DNA from: Lama guanicoe
Lineage: Eukaryota
NCBI GenBank assembly: GCA_013239625.1
Contig: MU053934.1
Coordinates: forward strand, 8,887,352 to 8,951,351
Length of the DNA stretch: 64,000 nt
Direction: 5' to 3'
Below are positions 23,701 through 36,619 of the stretch, piece after piece (the stretch's first letter is position 1; every line of letters starts with the position of its first letter). The notes under the pieces were generated by a model that was not told the origin of the DNA, ran no database searches, and worked only from the letters and a program-made list of their open reading frames with translations. Made by a program: the position numbers and the translations under genes.

Positions 23701-25432
23701 TTCCTGACCCGACTTCCCTTTTCTTTACAGCCTCCCCACGCTCTCACACGTCTGTCTATTGCCCGTTTCTCTTTTACACCATCAGCTCCACCAGGGCAGG
23801 GGCTGGTTTTCCTACTGTGTCCTCAGCAACTAGCACAGTGGGTGTTCATGCCTGTCCCCCTGGCTGCTGGAGTGGGGCGGGTCTGGACTGGGGAGTGGAG
23901 ACCTCGGAGCAGCCTGCTGCAAACTCCCAGGCCAGCACCAAGGGGGCCTGAGCTGGAGCATGGAGGGTAGGCGGTGGGGGGAGGGCAGACAGAATGGCCA
24001 AGGAGGAGAGCCAGAGAGACTTTTCCAAGCTGTATGTGCCAAGCTCCCCTCCTCCCTTCTTCTCCTGCTGGCAAGCCCATCCTGCCAGAGTCACACATAC
24101 CCCACCTGCTGCTCAGCCCTGGCATCACACTCCTACCTGCCAGCCTGTCCAGATGCAGGAACAGCACCAGGAGTTTCTAAGGAAACTGAGGAGAGGGGAG
24201 GTGGGGGAAGGATCCAAAAGGCTTAATTAGCCCCTTTTCTGTTAGAATTTCTACAACCTTTGTGTGTGATGAGGCGATGCACACACGGTATGGGGTGTGT
24301 GGTGTGTGTTATCTACTTAGGGTGTGGTCCAGAAGTATATGATACTTATATATCTGGCCTTTACACCCGTGCAGGGCATCTGGGTTTTATGATGTGGGCC
24401 TTTCCATGGCAACAGAGCAACATACTTCCTTTCTAGGATGGAAGGATTGCCAGCTGGTCCCTGATGTCTTTTCTGTTTCCTCTTTGGAGCACCCTTTCTG
24501 GGGCCCCACCTGTGACTCTGACCCTGTTCTCCACTCTGACAATGCAGTGCCCTTTCTGTAGCCAGACAGTCCCCAGCAGCAGTTCCCAGCAGACGCCCGC
24601 CTTCCAGCTTGGCCTCAATACTGTGGTCCTCTGGGTCTGTTTCTCAGTCTGCTAAAGGGAGTTAATAATACCTACTGCACAGATGACTGAGTATGAAGAT
24701 GCGTGGGGAGAGCACATGGCACGGGGTAGGTGCTCGGTAAACAGCAGTGTACACACACACACAAGCATGTCCATTCCAGACGCTAATGTCCTACTGGGCA
24801 GCCCCTTGCCGTGTGCCCACGAGAGCGCCTGTGGCATGGAAATGAGTCAGGTCCATCCAGGAGCTCAGGGAGTCAAGCCTCGTGGTTTCACACACACACA
24901 TTCACTCCTAGGTTCAGTCCACACTGAATGAGACATGCCTACAGCGGCCGGGTGGAGGCTGGGACATGGACTCCTACGCCATACAGCATCCACAACGCGT
25001 GACATACACATACACATCCACATACCAGCACGTGCTGGCCCCTGGCCCACCTGCCACACCACCGCCTTATCTGCTCTGCTCAAGGCGGCCAGCTGGCAGT
25101 GCCTCCCAGTACTTTTCCACCACTTGAGAGAAGCTGCATCTCTCATGGATACGGGTGGGAGGGGCATTCATTGTTCCTAAGGTGTCCCTTCTGCTGGCCT
25201 TGTCCTTGTAAGACTCCTTGGCTGAGTTGTTGGGTGGAGGGGCTGAGACTTCCAGCCTGTGCCTCAGCTGGAGCTGAACTGATTACTCCAGCTCCACCAC
25301 CCTGGGATGCCCCGACCCCTGCACCTTGGGTCTGACCTCTGACAGCCCCAAGCCCACAGGGTCCTATTTATCAAGGTCCATGCTGGGGTCTAGGGCCTTG
25401 AGGGTTTGGGCTGTGTCTCCTGCAGGTCCAGG

Positions 25433-26189
25433 TGTAAGAAGATTGGGAGTCTCTGGAGAAAGAGAACCAGGAATGACCTTCTTGACATAAGAGAAACCAT
25501 TTTGGACTCAGCCACTTTGTGATCCAAGCCTAGTCACTATGCTTGCCCTTGAACAGGTCTCAGTAATCAATTATTTTTCTAATTAAAAAGAAAAATTTGG
25601 GGGGAGGTAATTAGGTTTGTTTGTTTGTTTACTTTTTTAAAGAAGGCACTGGGGATTGGACTCAGGACCTCCAGCATGCTAGGCATGCACTCTGCTACTG
25701 AGCTACTTACCCTCTCCCATTCCCCGTCAGTGATCTTAAGAGAAATAAGGAAATGCAGGAACACAGGAAAAGCAGTCAAGAAACAATAGTTTAGCAATGA
25801 AACAGTCCTAGTCCCTCCTCCTGGGACGTATAGAACAATCTGACATGGTCTTTGAGTTCTTGCAGGAACTAAGGCCCCCATCCAGGTGGAGGACAGAATG
25901 ATGCTGCTGACCCTCCTGACTTTGGTCAGCTAAAGCTGGGGTATGTCGACCTTTGCCAAAATTCTATCTTGAATTCTCCTCTGCTCAAGCCCCTGCATGA
26001 ATATGCATGTACCCTTCACTTCAAACTTCTGCAACTTTGCTATTGGGGAGATACTGCTTTGGGAGAGATCCCCAGTGTTCTCCTTTCTTGCTGCAAATAA
26101 TAATGAGTCCTTCCTTTTCTTGCTCTTTGGCTCGGTTGTGTCTTTTGTTTCAACATCCACCAAGACTCCAGCCCAGCTTTCAGGTAACA
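25433..26189 (+). mobile_element. ERV1-type solo LTR with nested SINE
   Basis: TG...CA termini with a 4-bp TSD CAGG at 25429-25432 and 26190-26193. Antisense tRNA-SINE at about 25598-25724. Confidence 0.8.
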
Positions 26190-27659
26190 CAGGTGTCCAG
26201 CACCAGCACAGGTGCTCAGGAACTGAATTGCATGGCACTCCGATCCTGTGTCCCGGGCGTGGGGAGCTGTATCTAGCGGTGGTTACATGTGTCTTAGCCT
26301 CCTTATCTGGAATAATAATTATGGTGACTTCCTCACAGGGTCGTTCCTAGGCTAAAGGAAGGAACCCAGGTAAAGGGCTCAGGCAACTGCTAGGCACCAC
26401 ATAGGAAGCCCTCCTCTGCTCCTCATTCCCCTGAGCCACTGGCCCTACAGTGTTCTGGGCTCTGGGCCCCTAAACATTCACAGGCTGCTGAAACTCACCA
26501 GCAAGACCTCCCTCGTGAATGAGAGGCTTCCTGTGGGGGTGGGGTGGGGTGCGGTATGTTAGCCAATTTTAAAACCAGCCCCTGGGGTGGGGGTGGGGAG
26601 TCCTTCAGAGGGTGGAAATAATCATTAACTCTGGCTTGGGCAGGGCAGGGAGGGTGGGTACGGGAAGGATGGGAAGGCTGGCAAGCGGAAGAGGCTTTTA
26701 ATCCGGACATGTCTTGTACAAAGCAGGAAAAAGGCTTCCGGCCGCAGACAATGGGTGGAGGGGGCTCCCAGAATAATATCACTAGCGGACACTAAAACAG
26801 CTGCTTGCCCCGGTGCCAAGCCCATCTATGTGCAGTCACATTTGGTTCTCTCAACCACCTTAGGCGGGGGCACTAGCATCACCCCGTTTTACAGACGCGG
26901 AACCCAGGACACAGAGGGGCGTGAGGTCGCAGGGACTCACGGGATCCGAACCCAAGCTTGTCCCATTCTCAGCCACCGGGCAAGAGTATTTCTTGATGAG
27001 GGAAGAGCACCGGGAGGACACTCACTCATTCACAAACATTTGGGCACCGACTGTATGCCCAGATCCATTCTAGCTTCTGGTTATCCACGGGTGGTCCGGC
27101 TCTCACAGGGCGGCTAAGGAGAGACTATAACAGGTGTACGTAATTTCAGAGAGTGGTAAGAGCTTTGAAAGAAAAGAACCCGGGGCTAGGGGAGGGGATG
27201 GCGATTTTAGATGGGCAGGGGTCTTTCGCAAGCCAGGCCTGTTTGGGGACCCGAGACCGGCCTGGGTCTGGACCCATCTCGGGTTGGAGACTTGAAGCTG
27301 TGCATGAGAGTGGTGCGGGACGTGGCTGCAGAGGGGCGCTTCCGATAGCACTTAATGCTCGCCACGTGTCTGCAAAGCGCACCTGCGCCCATTTCGCAGA
27401 TGAAGAAACCGAAGACGCGCTGAGAGCGCGGGGGCAGGCAAGGAGCCGACTGAGGTTCGGAATCGCGAGCGCTCTCGCCGCACTCCACCGCGCATGCGCC
27501 AGAGGTAGGGCGGGGCCTGCGTGGGAGGGCGGGGCCAGCCGCTCGGGCGGGGGGCGGGGCCTCCGGCCTCTGCCGGGCCGTTGCTATCTGGGCGGAACCT
27601 TCGCGCGGCGAGGGCGGGCGCACGGGGGAAGGATTTGCGGCGCCGGGGCGGCCGGCCTC

Positions 27660-27880
27660 CACGGGAGTCGCTGCTGAGGGCTTCGCGGCGTCGGCTCCGG
27701 CTCCGGCTCCGGCTCCCACCCGAGGTCCGCGTACTGTCCCCCTCTCCGCGGACCGCCTTCGGCCCGGCCCAGCCCAGCGCAACGGGCGCGCGGCCGCCCA
27801 GAGCCCGGAAGATTTGGACCGCTGAGTCGGAGTTGGCGGCGGAAGCGCGACCTCCGACCAGCGTCTCGGCGGCGCCGCAG
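27660..27880 (+). other. FAM118A: FAM118A non-coding exon 1 (5' end approximate)
   Basis: Strong donor CAG|GTGAGC at 27880/27881 inside the CpG island, with no ATG in the exon. The TSS cannot be determined from sequence. Confidence 0.7.
27692..27715 (+). repeat. (CGGCTC)4 hexamer repeat in the FAM118A leader
   Basis: Four perfect copies. Confidence 0.9.
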
Positions 27881-29049
27881 GTGAGCTGGCAGGTGGGGGA
27901 GGCCCGGGGGTGCCGGGTAGAGAGCCCCTCAAGACCCCGAGGCCCTCAGGAACCGTCCCGCACCCACAGGACCCCCGGCTCCCGCCACTCTGGATCCACA
28001 ACCACCTCAAGGACCTCGACAGATCTCGCTCGGTTCCCAGGACCTCCCCTCTTCTCTTGGGAACCTCAGCCCCCGAGACCCCTCGGGATCCGCCCCGGCC
28101 GCTCCAGGACCCCTAGTCCCGGCCACCTCTAGCCCCTTCACTTTCAGGACTCTCAAGCCCCGAAACCCTTCAGGATTTCCCCTAGACTCCGAGACCTCCT
28201 GAGGACCTCCTGACTCTTAAGGGCCCCGAGACCCTTTAGGATCCTCATGTCCAGAAACCCCCCAAGAGTCCCTCAGGACCCCCGAGATCGTCCCAGATTT
28301 TCCCATCCCCAGGCCTCCACAGAACTCCCCTGGGCCGTGAGGCCCTCCGTGCCATCTCTCCTTAGCCCCCGAGGTCCCTGGGCCGCCATCCCCACCCTCG
28401 GCATCTGCCCTGCCCTCTTTGTCACCTGCCCTGAGTTTCAGGCCCCTTTTGGTTCTTCCTTCGCGCTGGTCTCAATGCTGGGTTTCTCTGGCCTGAGGTC
28501 TGGGGGCCCAAGGGTGCTCTGTGAAAGTATTCCATGGGGGTTGTGAATTCTTGATGATAACATAAAAGATGTAGAGACATATAATGGGTCACCTGATGAC
28601 TCTTTGTAACCACGCAGGGGCTATGATCTTAGCACTTTGTGTTTACTGTTGCATTGAGGCCAAAGCAGGACAGTGTTTAACTTTTAATGCTCTTTGGTGA
28701 GACTCGTATGGCCCCACAGAAGAGCCCAGAGATCAGATCTGATGTGGAGGGAGGCAGAGCTAAGTAGGTGAGGGACTTGGGGCATTTTTTGAAGTTCTCT
28801 CCTCTTAATTTTTTCATTCACAGAGCTAACATTTTTTAAAATGGCTGTGATGCCAGAGAATTGTTTGGAGGTGATATGGACCAGGGTGGTGGCAGTGAGG
28901 ACTGTGGCTTCCTCAAGCATGGCTAAGCTTCTTAAAGTCCAGACCCAAAAGACTAGTTTCCAAGAATTGGCACTGGAGCTGGAGATGACAGTCCCTGCTC
29001 TCAGAGCCGTACTGGAGGGAGTAGTCAAGCAAGTACGTAGTTTTAATAA

Positions 29050-30270
29050 CGTGGTAACAGTGTAGTGGCACTGCACTTAGCTGGGGGTGCGCATCGGATT
29101 CTCAGGAAGGGGTGCTATGGAGGGCTTCTTGGAGGGAAGGAGGAGTGACCAGTAATCTTGAAGGTGGAGGTTGAGGAGAAGTTTGCCAGGGTCATTCCAG
29201 GAAAAGGACTGTATGCAAAAAGGCTTTGAGGCACACCACAAAGCACATCCGATTCTGGAAACCAAGAAGTGTGGCTAAAGAGATCATATCTTCCTAAGAA
29301 CAAGGTCCTCAGGGTGCTCTTAGAGGGACTCTTAAGTGGAAAGAATCCAGCTTTATTCCCGGAGGCCCACCCTGCCCCTGGCCCTTTCTTGGGTTGCTGC
29401 TTCCACCATCGCCCTGAGTAAGTGGTGATCCAGCTCAGAGCCGAAGGAAAATGGGAGTTGGTCAATAGAGAGGAGACCAGAATGGGAGAAACTGGGACAT
29501 TTGGCAGAGGGCAGGGCTTGAGACAGAAGTCCCAAAGAGTTAGGAGCTTCTGAAGCCCAGGAGAGGATTTGGCACCTGAAGGGAGTGGGGGGCCATTGAG
29601 GGGCTTAAGGAGGGGAGTGAAGATGGTTTTTGTGGTTTTGAACAGTCACTGGCTCTGGTGTGGGAGAATGGTTTGGGGGAAGCAAGACCACAGGAGTGGG
29701 GAAGGTGACCTGGACCAGGGTGGTGGTAGTGAGGACCGTGGCGTCCTCTTAAAGTTTAGACCCAAAATACTTTGTTCCAGTTGTTTCCTGTCTCAGCCTT
29801 CAGTTTTCTGTCCAGGGATTGACTCTGGAACCTTGTTACTCCCGTTAGGCGAGATTTTGTCCTTTTGCCCACAGGGCAGGTCGCCTTGGGCCTTGTCACG
29901 GTGACTGTGTCTGTGTGGCAGAGTGAGCCCAGCGTCCACGCAGGAGGTGCACAGTGGTGCAGTGGGCCAGGGGACGAGAGGCTGAGGCTGAGGCTGAGAT
30001 GTAACCAGATCATGGAGCACTGGGAAGCTGGGCTCGGGGTCCTGAAGGAACTGGAAGGCCTTTGAAGGAGAGTTCAGATGTGTTGTGTCAGAAGCGTCAT
30101 TCTGGAGACTGTGGGACCAGAGAGGCTGAAGCTGGAAGCAGGGTGGCTGCCAGCAGTCCAGACAAGCTGTGAGGACTGTGAGGCAGTGATAGAGGGTGTG
30201 GTTTAGAGAGCGATTTAGGGAGAGAAATCCACAGGACTTGTTTTTGAAGTCTGGGCTTGGCTGAGGGGAG
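29050..30270 (-). mobile_element. Degraded L2 fragments
   Basis: Purine-rich antisense-L2 pattern (cagatcatggag, tggaaggcctttgaaggag, ggaccagggtggtggtagtgagga). Boundaries approximate. Confidence 0.5.
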
Positions 30271-30285
30271 GGAGACTGCAGGATA

Positions 30286-30432
30286 ACGCTGTACAATAGA
30301 ACTTTACGTGATGATGAAAGTGATCTGTATGGGTGCTCTTCAGTACACGCGACACGTGTCTCTGTCAAGCACTTAAAAGTGACTAGTGTGATGGAGGAAC
30401 TGAGTTGTAAATTTTATTTAATTTTAATTGAC
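30286..30432 (+). mobile_element. MER3-like hAT-Charlie element
   Basis: cgctgtacaatagaacttt...gcacttaaaagtgactagtgtga...ggaactgagttgtaaattttatttaattttaatt. Confidence 0.75.
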
Positions 30433-33400
30433 TAAATCCTGGAAGGATACCCATCACATCCATGGGGCGTAGTGGGAATCACACTGCTGTAGGCTTTGTT
30501 CTTCTAAAGGTTACCCCTTTTAATGTTTTCAGCATCCCTGGGATATAAGATACTATTTTTTTTAACAGATAAAGGAAATAAAGCTCAGAGAGTCTAACTT
30601 ACTCCCATATTAATTAGTACAGGCAGTTCCCGGTTTAACTTCTAAGCCTGGACTCTCTGCGAGACTCTTCTTCCTCCCACAAGGAGCCTGCAGATCTCTT
30701 TCCCAGGAGAATGAGGTCCTCTCGGTGGCTTTGTTTCCAGGCTGAGCCCTCCTTATCTGGTCCCCGCTAAAGTTAATGCAGACAGCTGTGTGATAAGCCG
30801 GCCTGGGGACCAAACAGAAAACTGTGCGAGCTGCTTGTTTTGCCCGAGGCTTCTTGCTGCCTCTCAGATCTTCCTCATGGCCATTTCTATTTACATTTCT
30901 GGAAGATGACCGGGGTTAGGAAGCAGGTGAACCTGCAGATCAGCCTAACTGCCGCTTGGTATTTGTAAAGATTTGGTGGTGAAAAGAGGTGAAAATGAGT
31001 GCCTTACATGGAGTTTTGGGGTCGCAGTGGACCAAGTGTGTCCAGGATAGTGGCGAGCTTGGGGGACATGAGCCAGGAGTGAGTGTGTAGCCTGCCCCTG
31101 ACTCCCTGATTCCCAGGGGTACCTTCAAGTCACTGCCTCTCAGAGTCTCAATTTTCACAACTATAAAATAGGGTATTTGGCCTCACATAACCGTTAAGAT
31201 CACTCCAGCTCTAAGATTCTATAATTTATGTTTCATTGGAGGTTCACTGTCTAGAACATCTCTTATTCCTCTTAGGATGGATAAATGCTGGAGGTTCAGC
31301 ATGCCTTTGACCTCTGTATTGGTGTATTTTTACCATTATTGGCTTATTAAGTAGCGTGTCTATTTGAGTTGTGCAACGTGTCACGTCTGATGAATGAACT
31401 GTTAAAACAGCGAACGCTTTAGCTGTTGGCAGTGTTCCTAGTAAAACGTCAGGTATATTTGTTTGCTCTGCTGAGCTGCAAGGATGTTAGGAGAAAGCGT
31501 GCCGAACTGCATTTGCCCTGCATTTGCCCTGGTGGTTGGCCTCTTAAAAGGGTTTAATGTCAGCCTTGGCCAGGTGAGAGGTAAGAGCCACTTCACAGGG
31601 TTGTTAGGAGAGGATTGAATGAGATAAGGCGTGTAAAGTGCTTAGTACTTTTCCTTGAATCTAATTAGGGTGTAGAAAGTGTCACTAATTAATGTTGCTT
31701 TTTGAACTAAATGTGACCGTTACATTTTTTATTAATGGTGGGTTTTGTTGTTTTCTTGATTTGAGCATGTGTGCCCAAGCAACTCTGTTTGAAGGTCTGC
31801 TGATTTCAAGAAGCAGATAAACATATTTAGGTCATTACAAAATAAGCATTTTTCCTCCACCACAGCTTACTTTGACTGAATAAAAAATCACTGGTTAAGT
31901 AGCATGTTTTCGAATTAACGTTTTGTACATTTTTTGTAAATTTTGTTTTCCTGTAAATTGAGGAAAGCAATCCATCCTGAAGATCCCTTGCTGGTCGGGC
32001 CTGGGTTTCAGTTCCGTCGGAACCGAGTTGAAGTGAAGATGCAGTTGTGGGGGCCGCCCTGGGAAAGCAGTGTTGAATGAAAGCTGGCTGTTGCTGAGGG
32101 AGATAGGCTGGTAGTTCATAGTCAGGGATAAACATCTTGTGTTAATTACCTTTCAGATATTGACTCACTTAAAATCTTCACAAGAGTCCAATCAGTGTGG
32201 ATGATGGCATTCCCACTTGACAGACTTGAAAACTGAGGTTTGGAAGGGTCTCAGGGCTTGGGATGTGGGGTCTCCTGGCTCCAGGTCCTGTGTTTTCTCC
32301 ACCACAGCCCCAGCGCCAGCGCTGCTCCAGCACTGCCCCAGGTGTTGTTGTGGTGTCAGGGTGAGCCTCTCCTTTGCAGTCCTGGAAGCTTAATTTCTTC
32401 CATTTGCGCCTTGTTTCTAGCTCAGGTGAACCTAGTGATGCTCATCAAGCTCTCCAGCAGTGCCAGGTGATTCAGGAAGTCTGACTGTCAAAGGTACTTG
32501 AAAACTTACTCTTGTTGCCCAATGATTTCTGCTTCTGTTCCCTCCTCCTGAGTCATCACGGGGAACCAGATTGCTATGGAAAAGGCAGCTTGCGGCAGTC
32601 AGATCAGGGTAAGGGGTGAGGGTGATGTTAACAACCATGTGAGTCAGTGTCAGGGAGCTGTGAGTTGAATAGCCACAGGCCCTCCCCTGTATATTGCCGT
32701 AAAGTGCTGATCGGTGCAGGGAAGAGCTTGTTTTATGGCTGGAGGCCTCAGACCTGCCAAGGTGTAGTCGGTGTGCAATGGGTTTGGCTTCCTTTAAGCC
32801 ATTCCAGTCCTTGGGAACCACAGTGGTTACATGGATTACACTTAATACTAGTATTTTCAGGTCTCCTGTCTCCTGTGAGTAGCTGATTTATAAATCATTT
32901 CTTAGTGTGGGTTACTTTTGTAACAGTAGCAGAATGATAATATTGAGGGTGAGAGCTTGCTGTGTGGCCGGCCTGTCCAGGAATCAAGTCATTTGCAGTC
33001 CCAGTGGCCTGGGGGCATCTTAGTCCATCACTGTATGCATCGGCTACAGATGAGTTAAAACCCACCCTTTGGAAATTTTGATGAATATTTTCGATATACC
33101 CTCCCCTGCTGTGTAAGAGGGGTGTATTGAGAGTGTATGTCTGCTGTGCGCCCCTCTTCCTTCGTTGTAAGGGGCTGTACAATGGGGAGCACTCATCTCC
33201 ACGTTCTCTTATACTGCTCAAAATCCATGTCATTATGTATAGAAAGAAATGAAGAGATTTTCCTAAGGATATTTTTGAGGGTCCTCCAGACTTGAAACTT
33301 CTAATTCATGGTTTGTGCTTGATAAGTGAAGGTGTGATTTGTAATAGAAAGTGATTAGTTTTAATTTAAGTTTTTCTATTATGCGCCTTGTAATATATTC

Positions 33401-36315
33401 CTATTCTTGACATTTTCTCCCTCCCTTTCAAACTTTATGGACTCTTTCACTCATTGATCTGTGCCTTTTTTTTTTTTGGTCTTGATACTGTTGTCTTCTT
33501 TCCCACCCCTCTGCTCTTTCTGGCAGCGTAGAACCTGGATGAGTGCTTCAAAGAACGGCCAGTTCTGTAGATCCGCGCTGGGCCTGGTCCAGCAGGTCTT
33601 GCTGGGGTCACGCAGTTGTGGTCCTCTAGCTGCTGCACCGGCACTGAATGGCTCTGGTAGCCGTGCCCATCTGCTAGGTGATTAGTGCTGCTTGTCAGCT
33701 GGGGTACCTTGGCTCCCCACTGGGGGCTAGACTGGGCTCCACGAGGCCGAGTTCCAGGAGCAGGCTCCAGTGTCAGTGTGCTTGTCACACGCTTGCCTGC
33801 CGACATCCCCTTGGCCAAGGAAGTCACATGACCAAGCCCAGCGTCAGGGAGGGAGGGGACTGAACTGTGTAAGAGCCGGTACCGGGAGGCGCGATGGGGG
33901 AGGTGGTTAGTAAGCTACTGCAGTGGAGCTGGGGCGTTGGGGTGGGGGCTTTGTTCTGCCAGCTGTGAGTGACACGTTCCATGTCTGTAGTTTATTCTAG
34001 TTTGCATTCAACTTAGTTTGATGAGCATTTATTTAGTGCTGGGTGCTGCGCAAGAATAAGGCAGTCTCTGGCTGCTCTTTATTTCCGTTCGTAAGCACTT
34101 ATGTTCTCACATTTAAGCAGAAAGCGTCCTGTCAGACCTTCACTCATGGCTTCAGATGAAGAGGACGGAACTATTTATACAAATCTGTGCTGGGGCGTGA
34201 TTTTGCTTTCAGGAAATGCTGATAGGTCCTTGAAAAAAAAATGGGTTGCTATGATGACTTGGCTTCGGGCCTGCAAACTGTGGTGACGACATAATCACCA
34301 AGGAAACCAAAAGATGCAGCTTCTAAAAGGTCTCGGAAGGCTTTTGTTACTGCAGTCTGGAAGCGGACTGGCTCGGAAGAACCGCGGTGAGGCTCGCTGT
34401 CCTACAGAAACTTCCAGGGGCAGGTACTAAGTGCTTTGGAACCTCTTGCTTGGTCCTCGATTTCCAAACCAGAAGGGCTTGGGGTGCTTTCTAAGTCATT
34501 GTGAGGTTTGGCTCCGATAATTATGTTGCTGAAAGAACAGGAAATGAGGTAATGTCTTTATAAACTTGTTATAATGAACTGTAAATGTCTAAATATGGGC
34601 AGCTATGCGTTCATCACTAGAGTTATTGTGCTGAGATTTAGCTAACTGGGTACTTCCTGTGTTGGCTGCTTTGATTCTTAAAGTATTAAAGCCTTGAGGC
34701 ACATCTGCCGGCTGAGTCTGGAGCCTGCGCGGCTCGGCTGGAAGTGCTGAGGACAGCCAGGCTCAGGAGCAGAGAGAGGCTTGAGCACTAAAACCAGCAC
34801 CGAACTACACAGGAGTGTATGCGCGCACCTGTTACATAAGTGTTCAGTGCTGGTAGTGATAACTTGTTCTTCTGGAAAACTTTGAAATCACTTAATTTTG
34901 GAGTTAAGTCCAGCCCACAGAAGTTTAGTTTACTCAGACTTTTTGCAGATATGTAAATGTTTGGGTTTTCAGTTTGTTTTTATGATCATGCATATTCGGA
35001 GCATCAGAAGCAGTTGAACAATAATTGAAAGAACTAGAGAGAGATTTTTAAAGTTCTTCACAATAGTAATGGTTTGGGGCATGTGATTTCTTAAGTCATT
35101 GGTTAACCAGAGACTTTAAAAAAAACGCTGTTGGATGTTGTGTGGAGCAGGGTGAGTTGAGAGTCCCTCCCAGGTGGGAAGGAGTAACTGTTTTCAAGTG
35201 ATGCAGGTTGTTTGGGGGGCAGTTGGATTAGTCAGTCTGTAAGCATCTGGCATTAACTTCTCACATAGGATTGAGTAAGAGTGACTCGGGGTTCCGTCCT
35301 GCAGTGGGAGGTTGAGAAGGGAGTCTGTGGGCGCCTGAGCTCTTTGACTCGGCAGTTTGAGTCCAGAACACGTCATATGAGAGATTCTCAAGCTTTCGAA
35401 ACTCAGTCAGTTAAAAGATTTCCTATTTTATAGCTGTTAAACCTGATGATTGGCGAGTAGTTAGGTCAGTCACTGAGATCTCTGGGCTGGGGCCCAAGGT
35501 CGCTTATACTAGCGGTTACATAACACAGTGGAAAACCTCAATATTTGTTCCTTTCCTGAGAGACTATCTAGAAACAGATGACCTGGATGGTGACCCGCAG
35601 CGGGAGGGGCGATGGGGCTGAGCACTAGCCTTGGGCGGGCGACAGGCATCTGTGAGCAGCGTTTTCCTCACCTGCACACTGTGGGCTCTTAACATTTGGG
35701 GAAAGGTCACAGACCCTTGGGGAGTTTGATGGAAGCTCCGAGCCTTTGCCCTGGGTTGGGGTGGGGGGTCGGGGGGTTCACTGGCATGTACAGGAAGTTG
35801 TATCTGCATCTTCGGGGCTATTCTTAGGGCCGTGTTTAGCTTTAAAATCTAATAATGCTGCTCATAGACTGATGAATCCTTGTCTCCTTAGCCTGGAGAA
35901 TTCCTTCTGGTGACCTGATTCTAACTGAGGGGAAAAAGATTACACTTGTGAAAAGGTGCTTTTCAGTCAGTGTGCGTAGGAGATGCAGAGAGGGCCCTGG
36001 TGTATTCTGCTGACCGCTGTTCTGGAAAGCAGTTTGACAGTGTGTGCTGAGGTGTTGTACAGAGTCCATGTTCTTTAACTCAGCAGTTCTGCTTTTCAGA
36101 AATCTCTCCTGAATAGATAATTTCAAAATAGATAAAAAGCCTTGTGCACAAAGATGGTTGTCAGCGTTACGGTAACATCCTGCACTGGGGATGTAGATAA
36201 TGTCAGTAACGAGGAGGTTCATGTATGCAGGTACTGCACTTGTGTTTATGAACAGTTTAATAATGTGAGGGAGATGCTTTTATTATAATGCATGAAAAAA
36301 GGAGGACATGGCGGC

Positions 36316-36430
36316 GGGGAGGGGATGGCTCAGTGGTAGAGCGTGTGCTTAGCATGCACCAGGTCCTGGTTTCAATTCCCCAGTCCCTCCATTAAAAAAA
36401 TAAATAAACAAACCTAATTATCTCACCCCC
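36316..36430 (+). mobile_element. tRNA-derived SINE (vic-1-like)
   Basis: ggggaggggatggctcagtggtagagcgtgtgcttagcatgcaccaggtcctggtttcaattccccag plus A-rich tail and cctaattatctcacccc. Confidence 0.85.
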
Positions 36431-36619
36431 GAAATAAAATTTAAAAAATTTTTTTAAAAAAGTAGGATATGGCCTATGGTCCCAAAGGATGTAAAATTTT
36501 TAAAGTAAAAAGTCTAGAGGGAAATGTACAATGCTAACAGTTACTGCCTGTAGATAGTAGGATTATGGGCTTTTTAAACTTTTTTTTCCATATATTTCCT
36601 TTTTATATATATTAACATT

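Larger units (their letters stand above)
27380..28120 (+). promoter_or_regulatory. CpG-island promoter of FAM118A
   Basis: Very high CpG density. NRF1-type palindrome GCGCATGCGC 27490-27499, clustered GC boxes 27508-27560, ETS-type CCGGAAG near 27805. No TATA box seen. Confidence 0.85.

Noticed and set aside
27207..28010. 267-aa minus-strand ORF and other long ORFs over the CpG island
   Set aside because: Low-complexity Pro/Arg/Gly/Ala translation, expected from stop-poor GC-rich DNA.
31387..31474. Possible C/D box snoRNA in FAM118A intron 1 (CTGATGA ... CTGA)
   Set aside because: The C box lacks the leading purine, there is no terminal stem and no recognisable rRNA guide. A snoscan or Infernal hit would be needed.
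34213..34423. Possible cassette 5' UTR exon (ttgctttcag| ... cag|gtacta)
   Set aside because: Weak donor and no independent support without transcript data.
36316..36430. tRNA-like sequences here and at about 9.4, 21.0, 22.5, 22.9, 23.5, 25.6 and 42.3 kb
   Set aside because: Diverged copies with a shared AT-rich tail and imperfect stems. These are SINEs, not tRNA genes.
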